The notes: generated by a model not told the origin, from the letters alone. Counted from the first letter of the stretch, positions 8,181 to 18,271 are shown. The stretch: DNA of 64,000 bases from Candidatus Nomurabacteria bacterium (GCA_020632075.1 JACKGH010000001.1:729778-793777), one strand, 5' to 3'. A program made the numbers and translations.

Positions 8181-9272
8181 TTATGCTGAATCCTTAAGAG
8201 CAAGCCCGATCGCCGTTGCATACCCAAGTGAGTGTCTCCGATCGATCGGTGGAACAGTCTCATCAAGCGAGAAGCAGTTCTCCCAGACATTGCCCCGCAC
8301 GCACGGTACTTCGAGCGATTCAGTGAGATAGGTTGGGAATCCTTTAAGATTGGCGCTACCACCACACATAACGATCGAGGTGATACGACGATCCTGACTA
8401 TTTCCATTGCGTAAGTGCCAATATTCCATGCGCGTCGCAAGCTCGTCCTTTATCACCGATACAGTACTAATGAGTGCATCATGTACTTCTGAGGAATCAA
8501 CTCCACGCACCAATCCAACCGTGTTCTTCAAACGAGTGAGTTCTGCTTCAGCAGTATCAGCCCCAAGCACCTTGCGCATTGCTTGTGACAATTGGTCTCC
8601 TCCCAGATCGATGGTTGAAGTGTACAAGAGCGCGTCACGATACACGATACCGATCCCAGTACGTGTCTTTCCAAAGTCAACGAGCATAGTCGCACCGACT
8701 GCATCAGCTGGGATCACCGACCTAGCCATTGCTTGTGCCTCCACCTCAAACGACACTGGTCGCAGTCCAGCTTCAATACAGGCGTCATAGTACTTCTGGA
8801 TCGTCTCCCGCGCATACGCAGCGACTGATACCCGCAAGACCCGATCATCATCCTCGCCAGGCAACAGCGTGTAATCGAACAAGACATCTTTGGATGCGAT
8901 CGGTACATTTTCCTCAAGGCGAAACTCGAGCAGCCCGCGTACTTCCTTCAGTGGCACATTGCGCTTGATCTCCGTTTCAAACAGATACGCTCGTTCCTCT
9001 GGTAGTGAGACACGAATGAATTCTGCGCCGGTTTGCGCTTTGAACTCTTTCAAGACTGAGACTAGCTGCGCTGGCTCGTGCACTTGTCCACGCTGCACGA
9101 TGCCACTCGGGATTGGGATGTCTCCCCACAACCTTAACTCACGGTCTTTCCCCTGCCGCGCTGCTGGCTCAAACGCGACATACTTTAGAGAAGTATCAGA
9201 CACATCGACACCCACACAAGGCATAGTGAGATACGTTGGCGCAGGTAAAACTCGAGAAAGAGCTGAAAACAT
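8181..9272 (-). CDS. pilM: type IV pilus assembly protein PilM (actin-like ATPase fold)
   Basis: VGVDVSDTSLKYV and VDFGKTRTGIGIV actin/FtsA-like phosphate loops. Start ambiguous (9272 or 9224). Confidence 0.7.
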   Translation of the reverse strand: MFSALSRVLPAPTYLTMPCVGVDVSDTSLKYVAFEPAARQGKDRELRLWGDIPIPSGIVQRGQVHEPAQLVSVLKEFKAQTGAEFIRVSLPEERAYLFETEIKRNVPLKEVRGLLEFRLEENVPIASKDVLFDYTLLPGEDDDRVLRVSVAAYARETIQKYYDACIEAGLRPVSFEVEAQAMARSVIPADAVGATMLVDFGKTRTGIGIVYRDALLYTSTIDLGGDQLSQAMRKVLGADTAEAELTRLKNTVGLVRGVDSSEVHDALISTVSVIKDELATRMEYWHLRNGNSQDRRITSIVMCGGSANLKGFPTYLTESLEVPCVRGNVWENCFSLDETVPPIDRRHSLGYATAIGLALKDSA

Positions 9273-9321
9273 ATGTAGCTCTAGTATACGCTGTTCGTCG
9301 CCTGGTTTTAAGGCGCGAAAC

Positions 9322-9933
9322 TCACATCTTGTATAAAACAAACAATACCGCCAGCAGTGCCACTATGATCGAAACGATTCCCACATAGCGCTTGGCGTAC
9401 GAAACAGCCAAAGCGCCGAACTTGTACGTAGAGTACCCAACGATCGCGTAGCGCGCGCCACGTCCAAGCAACGACGCGGCAATGAAGACTCCGATACTTC
9501 CCTTCAAAACTGCTACCACCCAAGCAACGATCGTGTACGGCACTGGCGTAACCGCACCGATCACCGTCAAAACAAAGGTGCTCGAGTCATTACCACTCAC
9601 CATTTCATTGAACTGCTCAAGCATGCCTGGCGTCACCCACTGCATAATCGTTTCGAAGAAAAAAGCGGCAGCGAAGTAAGCACACAGACCACCGATAAGC
9701 GATGCGATCGTGGTTACTATTACCAAACGAACAGCCTTAGCTCGATCAGCCAAGATCGCAGCCACCAAAAATGGATCGGTGAGGATCGGGAGCGGAAGTG
9801 CTGATTCAACAAACGATATGACCGCGATCATGACCGTCCCCGAACGCGAACGCATAAAGCGACCTCCGGTACTCACTGCTTCTGACTGCAGCACCGCTTC
9901 CACCTTTTCTTGTAGCCGTTGCTCGAGCGACAT
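9322..9933 (-). CDS. DedA/YqaA (VTT-domain) family membrane protein
   Basis: LPLPILTDPFLVAAIL motif and polytopic profile. Confidence 0.65.
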   Translation of the reverse strand: MSLEQRLQEKVEAVLQSEAVSTGGRFMRSRSGTVMIAVISFVESALPLPILTDPFLVAAILADRAKAVRLVIVTTIASLIGGLCAYFAAAFFFETIMQWVTPGMLEQFNEMVSGNDSSTFVLTVIGAVTPVPYTIVAWVVAVLKGSIGVFIAASLLGRGARYAIVGYSTYKFGALAVSYAKRYVGIVSIIVALLAVLFVLYKM

Positions 9934-9936
9934 GTC

Positions 9937-10269
9937 TTAGTTGATCTTAGTACCAGCCGGCACTTCGTGACTTGGGTGAAGCAACGTGAATGTCTCTCCC
10001 GTACCACCAGCTAGGATCATGCCCTGACTCTCAAGACCACGGATCTCTCGAGTTGCGAGATTCACCAAAAACGGGCACTGCTTCCCTATCAATGTTTCGA
10101 TATCTTCAAAAAACTCTCGAATGCCGGATACGATCTGTCGTGGTGACTCTTCACCCACATCGACCGTCAGCCTAAGTAGTCGATCAGCTCCTTCTACAAC
10201 ATCTACCGTCTTGATCGTACCGATCCGAATTTCCAACTTTGCAAAATCATCGTATTGAATGGTTTCCAT
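9937..10269 (-). CDS. tRNA-binding protein (CsaA/Trbp111-like OB-fold)
   Basis: KLEIRIGTI...VEGADRLLRLTVDVGEE...QIVSGI matches the MetG C-terminal/CsaA family. Confidence 0.75.
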   Translation of the reverse strand: METIQYDDFAKLEIRIGTIKTVDVVEGADRLLRLTVDVGEESPRQIVSGIREFFEDIETLIGKQCPFLVNLATREIRGLESQGMILAGGTGETFTLLHPSHEVPAGTKIN

Positions 10270-10275
10270 AGATCG

Positions 10276-10653
10276 CTATTGTTTAGTGATAAAACTATCG
10301 AGAATGAGTGCAGCAGCAGACGCATCAACCATCGCATTTTTTCCCTGAACCCGTGCTGCCGCCTGGCTCGAATACTGCTCTGGCTCTAAGTGCACCGGTA
10401 TACCAATATGTAACGTGACATCAGTGATGAAGGTTTCGACCGCTTCGTGGATCGCGTTTGGCTCGCCATCGTTGTTGAGCGAGTGTCCGATGACGATCTC
10501 ACCTACTCCCCGCTCTGCCACTAACGCTTCAACATACTTTAGAAAATTCGCGTCGTTTGGTACCACCTCGTGCGGAAAAGCCATCGTTCCCCCATCATCA
10601 GTGAGTGCAATGCCGATCTTCTTTGATCCAAAATCAATTCCCATTCGTTTCAT
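10276..10653 (-). CDS. ruvX: Holliday-junction resolvase-like / pre-16S rRNA nuclease YqgF (RuvX)
   Basis: MGIDFGSKKIGIALTD N-terminal motif. Start at 10653 or 10644. Confidence 0.75.
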   Translation of the reverse strand: MKRMGIDFGSKKIGIALTDDGGTMAFPHEVVPNDANFLKYVEALVAERGVGEIVIGHSLNNDGEPNAIHEAVETFITDVTLHIGIPVHLEPEQYSSQAAARVQGKNAMVDASAAALILDSFITKQ

Positions 10654-10713
10654 GGGCTTTAGCATAGCATGATTACCTAATACATTGACCAGCATGACCA
10701 ATGTATTAGGTAG

Positions 10714-11472
10714 TCAATCAAACCTATATCCATTTTCATGCATGATGCGCCACATGCGGTGGTACCACAACCGATACCCATCAGAGCTTGGGTGGACACC
10801 GTCAAACGCAAATAGTTGGTTAGGGTTTTTGATAAACGGATTTCGTTCATCCTCGTTAAACAACTCTATGGTCGGCACATCATAGGCCAAAGCAGTTTCT
10901 GCAATCGCCTCCTGGACTCGAATACACCGACGCTTTAAAAAACCACGCATTATGCCAGGAAAGAGAGGAGCTGAACCAATGTTGTTATAGAGCAAAAACA
11001 ACACCCTGTGTTTACATAATTCATTAAGCTGTGGCAGCACCGTTTGCAGTACTTGTTGGATCTTACGAATACTTGTCAGATGCCACACATCATTACCGCC
11101 AACACTCACAATAATCAAATCAAACTGCTGCCCAAGCATCACCTCGATCTGTTTTGGAAGATCTCGCACCAAACCACCGTTTTGAGCAACATTTATAATC
11201 TCTGCGTCCGGATAATCTGTTGCTAGTCGTCCTGCAATAGTATCCTCCGGTCGACTCGCTCCTGTACCAACTGCTGTACTATCTCCCAAAATTAACACCC
11301 GCTTCCCACCTGAACCAGCACAAGCAAACGGCTTAGTGGTAAGTCCCAAGAACTTATTGCGTGATAATTTAATGATCATTCGTAAAGCTTGCAATACCAC
11401 CATTACAATAATAGTGTCACCAACATACACAAACCAATCGAGTGAGCTGAGCGAACTAAAGAAATCAATCAT
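10714..11472 (-). CDS. SGNH/GDSL hydrolase with N-terminal membrane anchor (paralog 1)
   Basis: VLILGDSTAVG (GDS block) and DGVHPSSDGY (DxxH block). N-terminal TM helix. Confidence 0.7.
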   Translation of the reverse strand: MIDFFSSLSSLDWFVYVGDTIIVMVVLQALRMIIKLSRNKFLGLTTKPFACAGSGGKRVLILGDSTAVGTGASRPEDTIAGRLATDYPDAEIINVAQNGGLVRDLPKQIEVMLGQQFDLIIVSVGGNDVWHLTSIRKIQQVLQTVLPQLNELCKHRVLFLLYNNIGSAPLFPGIMRGFLKRRCIRVQEAIAETALAYDVPTIELFNEDERNPFIKNPNQLFAFDGVHPSSDGYRLWYHRMWRIMHENGYRFD

Positions 11473-11482
11473 GTAAACACCA

Positions 11483-12232
11483 TTAACTGTACAAAGCTTG
11501 AACGTACGGCGCAATCTGCTGCCTTACCTCTGCATACCAAATCTCATACCCTCGGTCATTAGGATGAATGCCATCAGGTGCAAAATGTACCCCGCCCTGT
11601 CGCAGCGGATCACTACTTCGCTCATGAAAGAGAGGAACATGCACAACCCCAGTGGCCGCACACACCGCACCACAAGCACGAGATACTTTACGACTATGCC
11701 ATGAATACAAATATCGCACTGGCAAACGGAAAAACTGTGCCGCACCAACATTGTTTACTGACACCAGCACTGTTACGGGTGTGTTGAACTTTTGTGCAAT
11801 ACGTCTAAGAATCTGTTCCAAGCGAGCTGCAATCGTTTGGCAACGGGTCAACTTCAAAGTATCAATTCCTCCAATCTGCACGATCACCAGATCAAATGAT
11901 TCATCTGCCATTTCATCAAGCTTAGTAATAAGCTCCTTTAGACCCATTGCGTTCTGCGCAGCGTTGATAACTGTAAACTCAGGATGATCAGCAATCAATC
12001 TACCAGCAAGTGAAAAGGCGGGCGTGGTAGCGCCAGTGCCATAAGCCGTGCTGTCACCAACAATAAGTACTTTTGCTCGTGGATTCGACTGCACCTTTTC
12101 TGCCGGCCGCGCACGCTTCCCTTCCTGCACTGCACGATATCCCCGAACGCTAATTAATGACAATTCTACAAATACGAACACAATCACCACACCTAGCAAT
12201 GCAAACCCAATACTGGCACCTAGATCATACAT
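11483..12232 (-). CDS. SGNH/GDSL hydrolase with N-terminal membrane anchor (paralog 2, tandem duplicate)
   Basis: VLIVGDSTAYG and DGIHPNDRGY. Same architecture as 10714..11472. Confidence 0.7.
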   Translation of the reverse strand: MYDLGASIGFALLGVVIVFVFVELSLISVRGYRAVQEGKRARPAEKVQSNPRAKVLIVGDSTAYGTGATTPAFSLAGRLIADHPEFTVINAAQNAMGLKELITKLDEMADESFDLVIVQIGGIDTLKLTRCQTIAARLEQILRRIAQKFNTPVTVLVSVNNVGAAQFFRLPVRYLYSWHSRKVSRACGAVCAATGVVHVPLFHERSSDPLRQGGVHFAPDGIHPNDRGYEIWYAEVRQQIAPYVQALYS

Positions 12233-12383
12233 GTTGACATTATGGCATACGGATTGACAACGACAATGTACCTTTACACGCAGGTACACTTGCAGTTTGA
12301 CATCTTTTAAAGTACGACGTCTTCATCCTATATACCTAGACCAGTTAGTAACTCACTGGCAGAATAGGGAGAACGAAAACTCC

Positions 12384-13010
12384 ATGAAAAAACTACCTCG
12401 ATTACTCCTGGCGTTTGCTATGCAACTTCCAACTGCAGTATACAGCTTCTTAGTTACAACTTTTTTAATGCGGATTTGTGTGGTACGACCCTTAAAACTA
12501 GTTGTTCCTCGAGGTTCCCTTATTATTTCAAACCATCAAAGCTGGAGCGACCCGTTCCTCATAACGTACCATCTTGGATGGCGTAATGTGTTCCGTAATC
12601 TGCCCGTACATTTTCCAGTCACCTCTCATTTTATGACCATGCCATTGATCCGCTGGTATCTATGGTCACTGCAATGCTTTAACGTTGGAGACACCAATTT
12701 AGATCGTGCACGAGCACTTATTAGAATGCGCGACTTACTACAAAGCAAGCAAACGGTTATGCTGTTCCCGGAGGGTCGATGTATCAGAGACAGCAACAAC
12801 GTGGAAGAGTTTCATCGAGGTATTGATATGCTACTCATGGAAGATATTCCGCTCGTACTCGTTCGAGTAGAAAACTTTAACAACTGGTCAATTCTACCTG
12901 GATATCCAAAGCCAACTATGACACTTACTCGCCTTCCCGATCAACAAAATCTCGAAGAGAAACGAGAAGTGATTCGCTCATTTTACAAAGACACCCAATC
13001 AAAAAGATAG
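12384..13010 (+). CDS. lysophospholipid acyltransferase family protein (PlsC/OlsA-like O-acyltransferase)
   Basis: NHQSWSDP (HX4D acyltransferase motif) and FPEGR block. Start set at ATG 12384 (MKKLPRLL). First gene of a 4-gene overlapping operon. Confidence 0.7.
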   Translation: MKKLPRLLLAFAMQLPTAVYSFLVTTFLMRICVVRPLKLVVPRGSLIISNHQSWSDPFLITYHLGWRNVFRNLPVHFPVTSHFMTMPLIRWYLWSLQCFNVGDTNLDRARALIRMRDLLQSKQTVMLFPEGRCIRDSNNVEEFHRGIDMLLMEDIPLVLVRVENFNNWSILPGYPKPTMTLTRLPDQQNLEEKREVIRSFYKDTQSKR

Positions 13011-13014
13011 GCGT

Positions 13015-13689
13015 ATGTCTTACTCTCGTCCATCTCAACTTGTTGTTCAGACTGAAGCAGATTTACCTACTGATAACAAACTCCTCTTTCTCAGAGAACG
13101 TGAACAAAAGTGCTATTTACAAAAACCCGTCACCCAACAGCTCCCATGGCTACTTGGCCGTCTCGCAGCTAAAAAAGCGATCCAGGATTTCTTTGCAACA
13201 CACAATCAGACATTACAACTGACCGATATTGAGGTATACAACACAGAAACCGGTTCTCCCTCCTACATTCTCCATGACGAAATCGTATCACGCACATCAA
13301 TACTCCTCTCGATTTCTCACACATCATCTTGTGGAGTGGCTCTCGTTACACCAGAAAATAACCATGCTGGAATCGGGATTGATATTGAACAAATTAGAGC
13401 ATTCAACACAGAAACCATCTCTCATTTTTTGACTCCTGCAGAGTACAGGTTGTATCAGGGCATTGACGTAAAGAAGCAACCTCAGATGGCAACCATCTAC
13501 TGGACTTTAAAAGAAGCATATCTAAAAGCTATAGGAACCGGACTGCGAACCCATCCTCAGCGAATTATGATCACTTTTGACAACGGAGGTTGTCCATCGG
13601 CTTACGAAAGTAACACTGGTAAGCTTATTCAGGCTTCGTTATACTATGAAGCATACGAAGGTTACATTATTTCAACAGTTGTATTATGA
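13015..13689 (+). CDS. 4'-phosphopantetheinyl transferase (Sfp type)
   Basis: GIDIE and WTLKEAYLKAIGTG motifs. Confidence 0.75.
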   Translation: MSYSRPSQLVVQTEADLPTDNKLLFLREREQKCYLQKPVTQQLPWLLGRLAAKKAIQDFFATHNQTLQLTDIEVYNTETGSPSYILHDEIVSRTSILLSISHTSSCGVALVTPENNHAGIGIDIEQIRAFNTETISHFLTPAEYRLYQGIDVKKQPQMATIYWTLKEAYLKAIGTGLRTHPQRIMITFDNGGCPSAYESNTGKLIQASLYYEAYEGYIISTVVL

Positions 13690-13943
13690 ATTCATACGAG
13701 GAGGTTGTATGCGAAGTAAAACAATTAATAGCAACTAAGCTCGGCCATACTATCGAACACATCAAACCATCAAGTCTTATAACAGACCTAACCGTTGATT
13801 CAATACAACTGTTTGAACTCCTTATTGCTTTCGAGCAACATTACCAACTTCAAACAGCGTACGAGGATATTGCTCACATCAACACTGTAGGTGATATCGC
13901 TCAGTATATTGCACATAGCAAATACCAGTTTAGCTGCGTATGA
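13686..13943 (+). CDS. acyl carrier protein (dedicated ACP)
   Basis: DLTVDSIQLFELLIAFE, a DSL-type phosphopantetheine attachment site. 4-nt overlaps with both neighbours. Confidence 0.8.
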   Translation: MNSYEEVVCEVKQLIATKLGHTIEHIKPSSLITDLTVDSIQLFELLIAFEQHYQLQTAYEDIAHINTVGDIAQYIAHSKYQFSCV

Positions 13944-14572
13944 TCACTTATCGAGTCGCTCAATCGGCGACTGACTTTAAAAATGCAGCAACCCTTGTAC
14001 ACACCGCTTACATGCAAGAGGGATACATCTCAGAGCAAAAACCATCTGGTATTAGCTCTTTCCTGAATAGACCAGGAGCAGCAACCATTGTCGCAATCGA
14101 AGATAATACTGTGCGGGGTACAATTTCAATAGTAAAAGACTCTGATAGAGGACTACCTATGGACTGCACGTACAAAGAACAAGTTGATGGGTTACGAACC
14201 GACGGCCGACACTTAGCAGAAATCTGTCAATTTGCCACCGACCAAAACCAGCAATCTGACCTTCCAGCAAGAAATACATCGCTGGTAACCCTCGGCCTAT
14301 TTGCACATATCGTGCAAATAGGCCTTGCTGACAGTACTATCTCGGATCTATGTTTTACAGTCAACAAAAAACATGAGGGATTCTACCGTGCGATTGGTTG
14401 CACAACTATCGGACCGCAGACCAACTATGCTCGAGCTAACGGGGCTGTATCACAAGGGTTTTTCTTACATCTCGCATCGCTACAGAAACAAAAAGAGACG
14501 AATCCATTTATTGGGAAAATACTGACCTATCCCGTTAACAAGGAAATAACTGACCCTACACTACTCAACTAG
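13940..14572 (+). CDS. N-acyl amino acid synthase / OlsB-FeeM-like N-acyltransferase (GNAT/autoinducer-synthase fold)
   Basis: Block-wise similarity remembered for the FeeM/OlsB family, ending in the IGPQTNY block characteristic of that family. Confidence 0.55.
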   Translation: MITYRVAQSATDFKNAATLVHTAYMQEGYISEQKPSGISSFLNRPGAATIVAIEDNTVRGTISIVKDSDRGLPMDCTYKEQVDGLRTDGRHLAEICQFATDQNQQSDLPARNTSLVTLGLFAHIVQIGLADSTISDLCFTVNKKHEGFYRAIGCTTIGPQTNYARANGAVSQGFFLHLASLQKQKETNPFIGKILTYPVNKEITDPTLLN

Positions 14573-15276
14573 AGTTGTGCAACTGAACCGTTCTGAAACG
14601 GAGCAGTTATTTTGATCACCATCCCATCCTCTAAGGTCACTACTCGATCGCAGTATTTTGTGTACTCTGCTTCATGCGTTACCATCACAATAGTCTGCCC
14701 AGCATGATGCAGCGCTCGTAACTGCTCTATCACCTGTTGCCCAGACCGACTATCGAGATTTGCCGTTGGCTCGTCTGCAAACAAAATCTTTGGATTTCCT
14801 GCAATCGCTCGCGCAATTGAAACACGCTGTTGCTCTCCTCCCGACAATTCAGCTGGACGGTTGTCTTCTTTTCCTGCTAAACCAACATGTCGCAACGCTT
14901 CACGCGCAGACTCTGCTGCCGTATCCCAATCCTGACCACGCATAAGTAGTGGTGTCAGAATATTTTCTAATGCACTAAGATCAGGGATAAGCGCATAATC
15001 TTGAAACACATATCCCATGGTTTTCAAACGAAACTCATTGAGTGCTGTCGCTGATAGAGCTTGCAAATCTTGACCATCAAGCACTACCTTACCTGCTGAT
15101 GGAGTATCGAGAGCTGACAGCTGATACAAAAGTGTTGACTTCCCTGCTCCTGAACGTCCCATTATTGCCACAAACTCACCAGGCGCCACTGATAAATCGA
15201 TACCTTTCAGTACTTCATTTTGTACTTGACCATCGTTGTACACCCTCCATAACTTTCTAGCTTCAATCATTGCCAT
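14569..15276 (-). CDS. ABC transporter ATP-binding protein (MacB/YknY/LolD type)
   Basis: Walker A GRSGAGKST, signature LSGGEQQRVSIARA, Walker B ILFADEP. Confidence 0.85.
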   Translation of the reverse strand: MAMIEARKLWRVYNDGQVQNEVLKGIDLSVAPGEFVAIMGRSGAGKSTLLYQLSALDTPSAGKVVLDGQDLQALSATALNEFRLKTMGYVFQDYALIPDLSALENILTPLLMRGQDWDTAAESAREALRHVGLAGKEDNRPAELSGGEQQRVSIARAIAGNPKILFADEPTANLDSRSGQQVIEQLRALHHAGQTIVMVTHEAEYTKYCDRVVTLEDGMVIKITAPFQNGSVAQL

Positions 15277-15277
15277 A

Positions 15278-16525
15278 CTACTTTCTACCTAAAATTGCAT
15301 TAAGTGTATTCCCTTTTGCCACAAGCCACGCCGGAACAAAACCAGCGATAACTGCTACCAGCGCAAATGTCACTGCCTGAACCAACATTCCTCCCATCGT
15401 AATACTCAACGACGCATTCGCATATGGGAAATCAAGTGGATGCTCAATGAAATATGGGATCAGTAAAAACTGCGTAACCACAATTGCAAGCGTAACACCA
15501 ACCAGCACGTACACCAATGCTTGTGTTACGTACGCAAACTCGATTGCTTGTGGAGTGATACCAATGGCTTTCAGAATACCTATTTGCCTCCTCCGAGAAA
15601 GTGCATTGATGAAAATAACAATAAAAATTGTAATTGATGCTACTGTGACACCAATACTACCAACGATAAGCGATAGCGATTGGAACGTATCACGCACGTC
15701 AACCACAAATTTTGGGATATCTTCAGTGAAGGAGTTGATCTCCCCATACTCCGCAAGCTCACTATCACGAAGTCGATCACGTATCACGCCACTTGAATAC
15801 CCCGAACTCAGCCGCACCACAATCTGATTTGCATTGTAGTCGATCCGATTAAACATTCGGCGGAAATCTCGCTCTGTAATATACGCAGCAATTGAAATAA
15901 AGTCTGACTTTGAATCTAAAATTCCTTTTACAATGAACTCACGACTTTGATCGCCAGCGGTCACCATAACCTTATCTCCTGGATACACTCCTTGCAGAGA
16001 ATCAAATACATTTCCGTATTCATCAGCATAGCGATCAACATTGTATTTCCCAAGCACAATGTACCCACTCTCTTCGGGATCTAAAAATGCCCCTTCGCCT
16101 ATCAGTTGGTCGAGGCTAGTTGTCTGCTTCTCATCGAGCGGATTAATACCTGTTACATTGAGCGCAATGATGTCAGGATCAGAATTTAAACTTCGTCGCT
16201 CTTCATAATTTGCTTCAATAGTGACAATGTCGCTATATCGAGCCGAATACGATGCTATCTCGTGATACGTATCGAGTCGTTCAAGAAAATGTTGGGTTTC
16301 ACTAATTCTCGTCTCGCCCTCAAGCGGGCTTATGTTTATATCACCAAGCACATTGACACGTACCTGTTCGGTTGCCGCGTCAACAATCCCGATAAGAATA
16401 CCACTCAGTGTAACCAGGTTTAAAAAAGTGAACATGATAATCGTCACAATTAAACCAGTAGCCCAACCATTTGCGCTTTGTATTTGCCGCAACCCTAAGA
16501 ATAAACCAACGCGCAAGTTACGCAT
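15278..16525 (-). CDS. ABC transporter permease, FtsX/MacB-type
   Basis: N-terminal TM helix, large extracytoplasmic loop and C-terminal 3-TM FtsX-like bundle. Confidence 0.8.
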   Translation of the reverse strand: MRNLRVGLFLGLRQIQSANGWATGLIVTIIMFTFLNLVTLSGILIGIVDAATEQVRVNVLGDINISPLEGETRISETQHFLERLDTYHEIASYSARYSDIVTIEANYEERRSLNSDPDIIALNVTGINPLDEKQTTSLDQLIGEGAFLDPEESGYIVLGKYNVDRYADEYGNVFDSLQGVYPGDKVMVTAGDQSREFIVKGILDSKSDFISIAAYITERDFRRMFNRIDYNANQIVVRLSSGYSSGVIRDRLRDSELAEYGEINSFTEDIPKFVVDVRDTFQSLSLIVGSIGVTVASITIFIVIFINALSRRRQIGILKAIGITPQAIEFAYVTQALVYVLVGVTLAIVVTQFLLIPYFIEHPLDFPYANASLSITMGGMLVQAVTFALVAVIAGFVPAWLVAKGNTLNAILGRK

Positions 16526-16528
16526 ATG

Positions 16529-18022
16529 CTATGGAAGTACTATACGAGCACCAACTGGCACTCCCTCAATTTCAACCAAACCATCACTTCCTTTAACACC
16601 AAGCGAGACTACTTGTTGTTGCACAGACACCCCATCATCGACCCAAACCAGGCTGGTAGTGCCTGTCTTTACAACATATCGATCTGGTAACACCAGCACA
16701 TCTTCGATACGCTCAACTTCAATGCGAACATCTGCGTTTAATCCTTCACGCAACCACACTGGTTCAGTGTCTAACATGACCGTCGTTTCGTAATACGATA
16801 CACCAGTTACATCCGTGGACACCGGGGAGACAAAAGAGACAGTTGCTAGATACTCCACTGTTGGTTCGGCGTCAAATATTACCGATGCACGATCACCGAC
16901 CATAACTTTAGTAATATCAATTTCTGGCACCTGCACCAACAACTCATACTCTCCTTCTTGCACAATTGTTACAGTTTGACCCAATCCAGCAGGCTCTCCC
17001 ACACGCATCGCAACTTCTGACACTACTCCAGCAAATGGTGCTCGGATTGTATAATCAGCTATTCGTGCTGCTTGTTGTGCTAACGATGACTCAGCTTCAG
17101 CAACCCAAGCAGTTGCTTGCGCCAACACTTCAGTTACCGGTCCAGCATTGACCAGTCGTTCATTCTCTTCTGCTAACGCGAGTTCTTCTTGAGCCGACTG
17201 TAGTGCAGCATCCCGCTGTGCCACAAGCAAATCATACGCGCTTTGTAACATGACATACGACGGACTACGCTTATTTGGAACAGGAACTTGCCAATCAGTG
17301 CTTCTATACGCCTCGGCAGCATCAAACTGAATATATAGACCACAATCTCCCAGTGGTTCAGGCGTTGTTTTGTTACCAGGGTACTTACCCGAACCCAACC
17401 CAGAGAGCACATACGACACGTTCGCATCTGCTCGGGAGCCAAACAACGACAGTAAGTACAATCCTTCTTCCTCACACAAGTAGCTACCACTAATCGAAGG
17501 TGGAGTATCGTCATTGGTCACATCCACCGGATACGCTCGCAAATCATTTGAAAGAAGTTGCTGTCGTGCATTGCGAATTGCTTGCTCATACTCAAGCGAA
17601 ATACTTGCTAATGCCGCTACAGCAACTTCAGTACTCTTCTCAGCTACCGCCCGCTCCTCCATGGGAGCTCCACGCAGCAATTCCGCACGCTGTTCTTTAG
17701 CTGCTCGCACTCGTTCTAGCACTGCATCGTACTCAGCAACCAGCGCGTCGCTAGTCAGTGATGCAATTACATCACCCGCGGCCACCTGATCTCCAACAGA
17801 AAAATATACCTGTTGAATTGTGCCTGGCACCGCAAAACCTAGACGAGTAAGTTGATCAACATCAATCTTACCTGACGCAATAACCGTCTGAACTATCGTA
17901 CCGAGAGAGACTGTCGTACTCTCTACAACCCTATCTGAAGGCAGCATATGTTGCATGTATCCCAGCCCCGCACCAGCAAGAATTATACTGAGCGCAAACA
18001 CAAACAACCAGAATTTTTTCAT
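16529..18022 (-). CDS. periplasmic adaptor (HlyD/MacA/YknX-like membrane fusion protein)
   Basis: N-terminal TM helix, coiled-coil hairpin and lipoyl/beta-barrel regions. Start at 18037 or 18022 (GGTGG 6 nt upstream). Confidence 0.7.
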   Translation of the reverse strand: MKKFWLFVFALSIILAGAGLGYMQHMLPSDRVVESTTVSLGTIVQTVIASGKIDVDQLTRLGFAVPGTIQQVYFSVGDQVAAGDVIASLTSDALVAEYDAVLERVRAAKEQRAELLRGAPMEERAVAEKSTEVAVAALASISLEYEQAIRNARQQLLSNDLRAYPVDVTNDDTPPSISGSYLCEEEGLYLLSLFGSRADANVSYVLSGLGSGKYPGNKTTPEPLGDCGLYIQFDAAEAYRSTDWQVPVPNKRSPSYVMLQSAYDLLVAQRDAALQSAQEELALAEENERLVNAGPVTEVLAQATAWVAEAESSLAQQAARIADYTIRAPFAGVVSEVAMRVGEPAGLGQTVTIVQEGEYELLVQVPEIDITKVMVGDRASVIFDAEPTVEYLATVSFVSPVSTDVTGVSYYETTVMLDTEPVWLREGLNADVRIEVERIEDVLVLPDRYVVKTGTTSLVWVDDGVSVQQQVVSLGVKGSDGLVEIEGVPVGARIVLP

Positions 18023-18271
18023 AAAAAGCCACCGCATATTGGTCAGACTATCGCTCCAGTATACATCACACGAACTCTATCTGACACTAAGTTAAACATA
18101 GCTGCAATTTGAACGCCTGTGACACCAACAGTCGATACATACTGTGCACTTACACCCAAAAGTTCAGTTACCAACCATTACCTTTACATAAAAATTCAGC
18201 TCTGGTAGTCCTTTGCCTAAAATCATACGTGCTACAATTCGGTAACTACATGACCTAAAAGCAACACCCGT

